From Chrysochromulina tobinii (lineage: Eukaryota), in contig JWZX01001926.1 in the NCBI GenBank assembly GCA_001275005.1, positions 1 to 35,922 of the forward strand: a stretch of 35,922 nucleotides of DNA. The letters are read 5' to 3'. Below, one piece after another: positions 30,661 through 35,922 of this stretch. The notes beneath the pieces were generated by a model. That model saw only the letters and a list, made by a program, of their open reading frames with translations. It was not told the origin of the DNA and did no database searches. Position 1 is the first letter of the stretch. Every line of letters starts with the position of its first letter. Position numbers and translations under genes: made by a program.

Positions 30661-32847
30661 ATGCGTCGGACCCGGTCTCCGTCGCCGAGTCCGGCCCGCA
30701 ACGACCGCAATGACCGCCGAGTCGGAGCTCGCTACGATGACCGCAACGACCGCCGCGGTCCCTATGATGACCGCTACGATGACCGCCGGCGTGCCGACGA
30801 TCGCTTCGATGATCGCCGGCGCCGTGATGATCGCTACAACGACCGAGGCTGGGACGATGGCCACCATGGTGATCGCCGCGGCCGCCACTCGCCGCGGAGG
30901 TCTCCGGAGCGCGGCGACGGTCGCTATTCACCGCGGCGATCGCCGGGCCGCCGCGATCGCGGCGACGAGCCACGCGATCGCGTGGACGACCGGCGGGGAG
31001 GTGACAGACCCAGCGATCGGCGTCGGGAGCGCTCTCCGGAGCTCGACGAATTCGGGCGTGTGATTCCGCCGCCGCGTGGGCCAACGCCACCTCCTGCCGA
31101 GCGGCGGCGCGAGTCGTCGGCGTCGCGCGAGCGCCGCCGCCGAGAGCGCCGCGAGCGCAAGCGCGAGAAGCGCGAGGAGCGGCGGCAGGGTGGTGCCAAT
31201 CCCGACGAGGATGACCGTGGCGCGGCGGACTACCGCCAATCACTCTATCCCCCGGGGAGCGACACATCACTCTACGAGTATGACGCTGCCACCTTCTGGC
31301 ACGTGACCCCCGACCAAGTCTGGTACTTTCGTCCGGACCTGACGCTCTGGTATGACTGCCGCAACGAGTGCTACTACACGTACGACAGCAGCCTGGCCGA
31401 GTACGTTTCAGTCCCCAAGGATCGCGCGACCGAGGCGCTCGCGCTTGGCCAAAATGTGGCGCCCCGCGGTGGCGGCGGAGTCGCCGGCGATGCGGCGGCG
31501 GCGATGGGGCCGGCCTCGGCGGCGGCAGCAGCGGCAGCAGCGGCAGCAGCGGGCGAGCTGGCGCCTGTTCACGGGCCGGCCGGCGAAGGCGAAGTCGCCG
31601 GCGATGCGGCGGTGATGGGCCCGGTGGCGGCCGATGAGGCTGCGGCGGCAGCAGCGGCAGCAACGGGTGCGGGCGAGGGTGAGCTAGCGATGATCCACGG
31701 GCCAGCCGCACCGACCGGCCTAGCGGGGGCTGCTGAGGGCGTAGAGGTGGAGGAGGGCGAGGGTGGCGAGGGCGAAGGCGCGACTGTAGACGCGCCTGTA
31801 GACTGGGAAGAGCTCGTGGCGCGCTCGCTGATCGCGCACACGGAGTCGTGGCAGGGCAAGAAGGAGACGCAGGAGGATCGCTACCTGCAGGGCACCCGGC
31901 TCGGCCGACTCGGCACCGCGTTCGGCGTCTTCGATGGTCACGGGGGCGTGCACGCGGCCGAGTATGTGGCCAAGCACTTGCCCAACAACATCGTGCGCTG
32001 CCACCAGCAGCGGTCGTCGGCATCGACGGGCTCGAGCGGCGCCGGGCGGCGCGAGGTCTCCGCCGAGACTCGCCGGCTGACGGTGGCCATGGAGGAGGCC
32101 TTCCCACTCACCGACCGAGAGTTGATGAACTTGTCGCGGCGCAAGCAGCTCAAGGACGGCACGACGGCGCTGCTCGTGCTCGTGCACGGCGCCCAGCTCG
32201 AGACCCTTGAGCTGCTGTGTGCGCACGTGGGCGACTGCCGGGCGGTGCTCTGCCGCGGCGGACAGGCCGTGCGCCTCACTCAGGACCACCGACCCGACCG
32301 CAAGGACGAGCAGCTTCGCATCCGTCAAGCCGGTGGCGGAGTCTTCCAGGTCGCGGGCATCTGGCGGTGCACCTCGGCCGCAGGCGCGGCGCGTGCGGTG
32401 GACGCGCGGGCGGGCTTCCTCGAGGGCGAGTCGCACACGTACCTCTCGTGTTCTCGCACTCTCGGAGATCCCGAGCTCAAGGCCAACCCAGAGCGACCGA
32501 TCCTGTCCAACCAGCCCGACACCTCGGTCGTGCCGCTGCTCGCCGAGGACCTCTTCTTCGTCCTCGCGTGCGATGGCGTGTGGGACGTGCTGAGCGACCA
32601 GCAGGTCATCGACCTCGTGCTCGAGCACTGGGGCGACGCCTCCGCCGCCGCTTCGAGGGTCGTGCGCACCGCCCTCTCCTCGGGCTCGGGCGATAACCTG
32701 ACCGCACAGGTGGTTTTCTTCAGCTGGAGGCACGAGCTCGGCGTGGCCACGGCCAGCCGGCGCGCGCGCGAGCGAGAGGAGGAGGCGCAGCGCAAGCCGC
32801 CGCCCAAGCCGGTTGTCGAGGAAGAGGACATCGACATGTTTGGATAG
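30661..32847 (+). CDS. PP2C/PPM family phosphatase with RS/RD-rich N-terminus and OCRE-like domain
   Basis: PP2C motifs QEDRY, FGVFDGHGG, DGTTA, AHVGDCRAVL, LTQDHRP, SRTLGD, LACDGVWDV, GSGDNLT. N-terminal RSPSPSP/RDDR/RRSP repeats. Aromatic repeat YEYD...WYF...WYD...YYTYD. Confidence 0.92.
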   Translation: MRRTRSPSPSPARNDRNDRRVGARYDDRNDRRGPYDDRYDDRRRADDRFDDRRRRDDRYNDRGWDDGHHGDRRGRHSPRRSPERGDGRYSPRRSPGRRDRGDEPRDRVDDRRGGDRPSDRRRERSPELDEFGRVIPPPRGPTPPPAERRRESSASRERRRRERRERKREKREERRQGGANPDEDDRGAADYRQSLYPPGSDTSLYEYDAATFWHVTPDQVWYFRPDLTLWYDCRNECYYTYDSSLAEYVSVPKDRATEALALGQNVAPRGGGGVAGDAAAAMGPASAAAAAAAAAAAGELAPVHGPAGEGEVAGDAAVMGPVAADEAAAAAAAATGAGEGELAMIHGPAAPTGLAGAAEGVEVEEGEGGEGEGATVDAPVDWEELVARSLIAHTESWQGKKETQEDRYLQGTRLGRLGTAFGVFDGHGGVHAAEYVAKHLPNNIVRCHQQRSSASTGSSGAGRREVSAETRRLTVAMEEAFPLTDRELMNLSRRKQLKDGTTALLVLVHGAQLETLELLCAHVGDCRAVLCRGGQAVRLTQDHRPDRKDEQLRIRQAGGGVFQVAGIWRCTSAAGAARAVDARAGFLEGESHTYLSCSRTLGDPELKANPERPILSNQPDTSVVPLLAEDLFFVLACDGVWDVLSDQQVIDLVLEHWGDASAAASRVVRTALSSGSGDNLTAQVVFFSWRHELGVATASRRAREREEEAQRKPPPKPVVEEEDIDMFG

Positions 32848-33037
32848 AGCGTAGCCCAAACTCGTTCGCACCGTCGCCGGCCGCGTTTCCGGGCGCTAGC
32901 GCTCGCGGTGTGGCTCCGTCCATGCGCTCGAGCAGGTGGTCCGCGCCGCGCGGCTCGCGAACTGACCTGTGTATTGTGAGAGCGGAATGCAAATGGCTCT
33001 GCTCAATTGAGGCAAACACCCACAACCTAAGCACACG

Positions 33038-34159
33038 CTATAGCCGCACCGGGATCGCTCCCATATCGCTCCCACACTGCTCCGCCTGTGCTACGCCTAG
33101 TACGGCCGCAGCTCGAGCTTCTCGCACCAAGCTCTCGCTCGGGAAATTGTGAGAGTCCGCCACCTCCGGCCGCGTCGAGAAGACCACGTACCCCACATGC
33201 CGGTCGGCGCCGCTCAAGTTGGCCCGCCCGCGATGGTAACAGCGGTAGTCAAAGAGGAGGAGGGATCCGCCGGGCTCGGCTAGCTCGGCAGCGACGGTTG
33301 GCGTGCGAGCCTCGTCCCACCGAGGCTCGCGGCCCATGGCAGTCTCCCGCCAGACGTGCGTGCCCGGCCGCAGCTCCGTGGGCCCTGTCGCGTGCGTCAC
33401 TGGCACCAGTGGGACGAACACGTTGACGAGACCAACCGCGGTCCCATCGGGATGGAAGTGCTGGTCGGGTGCACCAGGGAGAGATGTGACGCATCCGAGT
33501 GAATCGACGCGGAGCGCGGCTGCGTCGCCGCTCGAGCAATAAAGGCCCTCGTAGAGACCATCGTAAGGGCCGCCGGTCTGGCTGCTGCCGCTCGACAACT
33601 TGTGAGCGTACTCCTCCAAGATGGGGAGCATGCGTGACTCAACTGCAGCCTGCAGCTCGGCCCAGCAAGTCGGCACAGCACCGGCCATCGATTCTGGCTG
33701 CTCCTGCACCTCTGGCACGAGCGGCGCTCCGGTGGACGCGCTCCACAGACGCTGGTCGTAGCGCATGCCGCCTGGCGTACGCGAGCACACCTCGGTGAAG
33801 CGAAGGATGTCATGCCGAGGTCGCAGGCCCAGTTGGCGGGCGCACGTGAAGAGCGTCTCGAGTCGGCGTGCTGCCGTGGCCGCACACGCCGTGCAGGTCT
33901 CGGCCGAAACCATTCCCGGTGTGCGCAACACGCAGAATCCATTGTGTGCAAGTGACGCTGCAGCCGCCACCACCCACTTCTTGGAGCCATCATCGGTGGC
34001 TTGGACTTCGTGAGGAACTTGCGGCTTGAATCGGCTCGCGTCATCGTCAGCGTCTTCTTTAGGAGCGCTGATCGGCCCACAGGGAACGCCGACGTGCTCC
34101 TCTAGCCAGTCGAGGAGCGCGTCAGACACGGCCTCGTCTCCATTGTCTCCAGGTTCCAT
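33038..34159 (-). CDS. PhyH-family Fe(II)/2-oxoglutarate dioxygenase
   Basis: PGAPDQHFHPDG (HxD), VNVFVPL, GPTELRPGTH, GSLLLFDYRCYHRGRAN (distal His) and downstream Arg. Confidence 0.88.
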   Translation of the reverse strand: MEPGDNGDEAVSDALLDWLEEHVGVPCGPISAPKEDADDDASRFKPQVPHEVQATDDGSKKWVVAAAASLAHNGFCVLRTPGMVSAETCTACAATAARRLETLFTCARQLGLRPRHDILRFTEVCSRTPGGMRYDQRLWSASTGAPLVPEVQEQPESMAGAVPTCWAELQAAVESRMLPILEEYAHKLSSGSSQTGGPYDGLYEGLYCSSGDAAALRVDSLGCVTSLPGAPDQHFHPDGTAVGLVNVFVPLVPVTHATGPTELRPGTHVWRETAMGREPRWDEARTPTVAAELAEPGGSLLLFDYRCYHRGRANLSGADRHVGYVVFSTRPEVADSHNFPSESLVREARAAAVLGVAQAEQCGSDMGAIPVRL

Positions 34160-34570
34160 GCGCGTACCAAAATCAAAGTATCAGTGCAGCAGCCGGCGGC
34201 GGCCGCGGAGAGAGAATGAGAGCCTTCAGCGATGAAGTGTGAACTGCCGGTGTGAAATATTAAGAGCGCTGCGCGCTCTTCAAGCTATGTATACGGAGAC
34301 GGGGTTGTCCAGAAAGCTAGTGCGCTAACACGTTTGTCAACTTCGTTGTCGCTAAAAATCAACTCTGTGAACATGTGTGAACTTGCGGAGGAATTGATCC
34401 ACGTTCATCTGCCATCTCCCCACGTCCTGGGCCCATCATAGAACCTAACGCTGGTTCTCAACAGGTTAACCCACCTCAACACCTTTTCTCCTGCATGCAG
34501 CGAGAGGAAGTGTGAATTAACAGCCCGTGGGCGCCCCTGTGAGTACCATGGTATAGGCGACCAGCGCGTG

Positions 34571-35566
34571 ATGCCGAAGGCCAAGAAGCACAAGCCCAGC
34601 GGTACGGAAGCGTCTTCGCTGAGCACTGCTTACGTCTTGCACGACGTGGCCGAGTGGCTGGCAAAGCGCAAACTCGAAATTCCCGTCGCGTTGAGAGAAG
34701 CGTGCCCCAAAGCGTTGGCGAGTCCTCGGCAGCCCCAGGCAGCTGCTGACCTGTCGGCAGAGTTCCAGTGGGCGCTGAGAGTACTGCCGGCACTCCGCGA
34801 GCGTGAGAAGCGTGCGCTCGCGCGTTACGTCCAACAGCGCGGCGCGACCGGCGGCAGCACTGGCCCATGCGCGGGAGCGTCCAGTACGGTGATCGCCGAT
34901 TCTTGGTGCAGCTGTGATGACGAACCGGATGCAGGAGCCATCACGGCGGTGCCGACGGTGCGAGGTGGGTCATGGCCGGCCGATGTGGCGTACTCGAACG
35001 ATTACCTATGGGATGCCGATGTGCCGGCCGAGCTGCAACGTCGCTACCGTCCAGAAGGCGCGCGCAAACGTGTTGCGCGCCCTGGCACACGCACCTTCTC
35101 GGCCGTGGTCACGGAGGCGCATCATCCGGCCCGCGGCCAATTTGGCCTATTCGCGGCCCATGACCTCGCGTGTGGGGCATGGGTGATCGACTACGTGGGC
35201 GCCGTCGCCCTAGGTGAGAATGAGGATAAGACGTCCGATTACGTATGTGACTTTGGCGAGCAGTCAGAGCTCGCTCTCGACGCTAAGCGCGTTGGCAACG
35301 AGGGGCGCTTCGTCAACGACTACCGCAATACTGGGCGCCTCCCGAATGTCGAGTTTCGCTTGCGGCGTGACCGACGTGGCGAGCTGCGGCAGGGCATCTT
35401 TGTGTGCAGCAAGCAAGGCGTGCGACAGGGCGAGGAGCTCCTCATCAGCTACGGCAAATCGTATTGGCGCCCGCGCATCGATGGAAGCATGGAAGACTTT
35501 ATTTACCGGCTGCCGGGTGAGGGGCCCAAGCTGCCGCCATCAGAAGAGGCACGCTCTCAAAGCTAA
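34571..35566 (+). CDS. SET-domain lysine methyltransferase-like protein
   Basis: GQFGLFAA, IDYVG, LDAKRVGNEGRFVNDYR (NH replaced by ND), GEELLISYGKSYW; basic N-terminus PKAKKHK (NLS-like). Confidence 0.88.
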   Translation: MPKAKKHKPSGTEASSLSTAYVLHDVAEWLAKRKLEIPVALREACPKALASPRQPQAAADLSAEFQWALRVLPALREREKRALARYVQQRGATGGSTGPCAGASSTVIADSWCSCDDEPDAGAITAVPTVRGGSWPADVAYSNDYLWDADVPAELQRRYRPEGARKRVARPGTRTFSAVVTEAHHPARGQFGLFAAHDLACGAWVIDYVGAVALGENEDKTSDYVCDFGEQSELALDAKRVGNEGRFVNDYRNTGRLPNVEFRLRRDRRGELRQGIFVCSKQGVRQGEELLISYGKSYWRPRIDGSMEDFIYRLPGEGPKLPPSEEARSQS

Positions 35567-35922
35567 CAGCCATCTACTTTGAGCAGTCCGCGCGTAGCAA
35601 GGGTCCCGACCCTACCCTTTTGGGCCCTTTGGCGCTCGGCTTGGCTCGTGTGTCGTGTCGTGTCTGGTTACAGCTCTCAGCTGCGCGTCTCGACTACGAC
35701 TGCGACTCGCGCTCGGCTCAGCCACGCGGTTTACTTCACGGCTTGCGAGCACTGTGCCTCTCTCGGGGCCTCTATGCCGTGCCCAGAGTGAGAGTCGACC
35801 GACGTGACGCCTCTCCGGCGCGGCCGGCCCCGCCCGGACGTGTTGCATGCCAGGGTGAAACCAAGCGCGTCGCTTTCCGACAAATGAATGAATGCGGGTC
35901 GTTAGTAAAGCCTAAACACGTT

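Noticed and set aside
30593..32107. 504-aa antisense ORF and other ORFs overlapping PP2C
   Set aside because: Mirror of the repetitive, GC-rich PP2C coding strand.
35320..35337. SET motif RFVND instead of RFxNH as a sign of inactivation or novelty
   Set aside because: The other SET motifs are intact and, as I recall, ND variants occur in other fungal and protist SET proteins; not distinctive on its own.

Overview
Gene-dense, very GC-rich eukaryotic nuclear DNA, not prokaryotic: it has spliceosomal introns and eukaryote-specific genes (VPS13, TBC, PP2C, SET). Intron style and a signal peptide plus 'AF' plastid-targeting motif suggest a haptophyte-like alga (inference). About ten genes are supported: (1) a frameshift-riddled tubulin-tyrosine-ligase-like gene; (2) an intronless ~1245-aa fusion of NDP-sugar epimerase/reductase, NDP-hexose C-methyltransferase and GT2-like glycosyltransferase; (3) a ~17.3 kb VPS13 gene (~5700 aa) with inserted ankyrin blocks, EF-hands, an IQ-like motif and PH/GRAM-like domains, one clear intron and a frame break at a G9 run; (4) an unknown protein; (5) a ZIP-like membrane domain fused to a TBC Rab-GAP; (6) a GT61-like protein; (7) a three-exon, probably plastid-targeted parvulin; (8) an RS/RD-rich, OCRE-like PP2C phosphatase; (9) a PhyH-family dioxygenase; (10) a SET-domain protein. 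The best candidates for new biology are the single-chain branched-sugar enzyme, the ZIP-TBC fusion, the ankyrin/Ca2+-sensor VPS13 and the RS-OCRE-PP2C. All domain calls come from motif recognition by eye; no searches were run. Most other ORFs in the track are GC-rich shadow ORFs.
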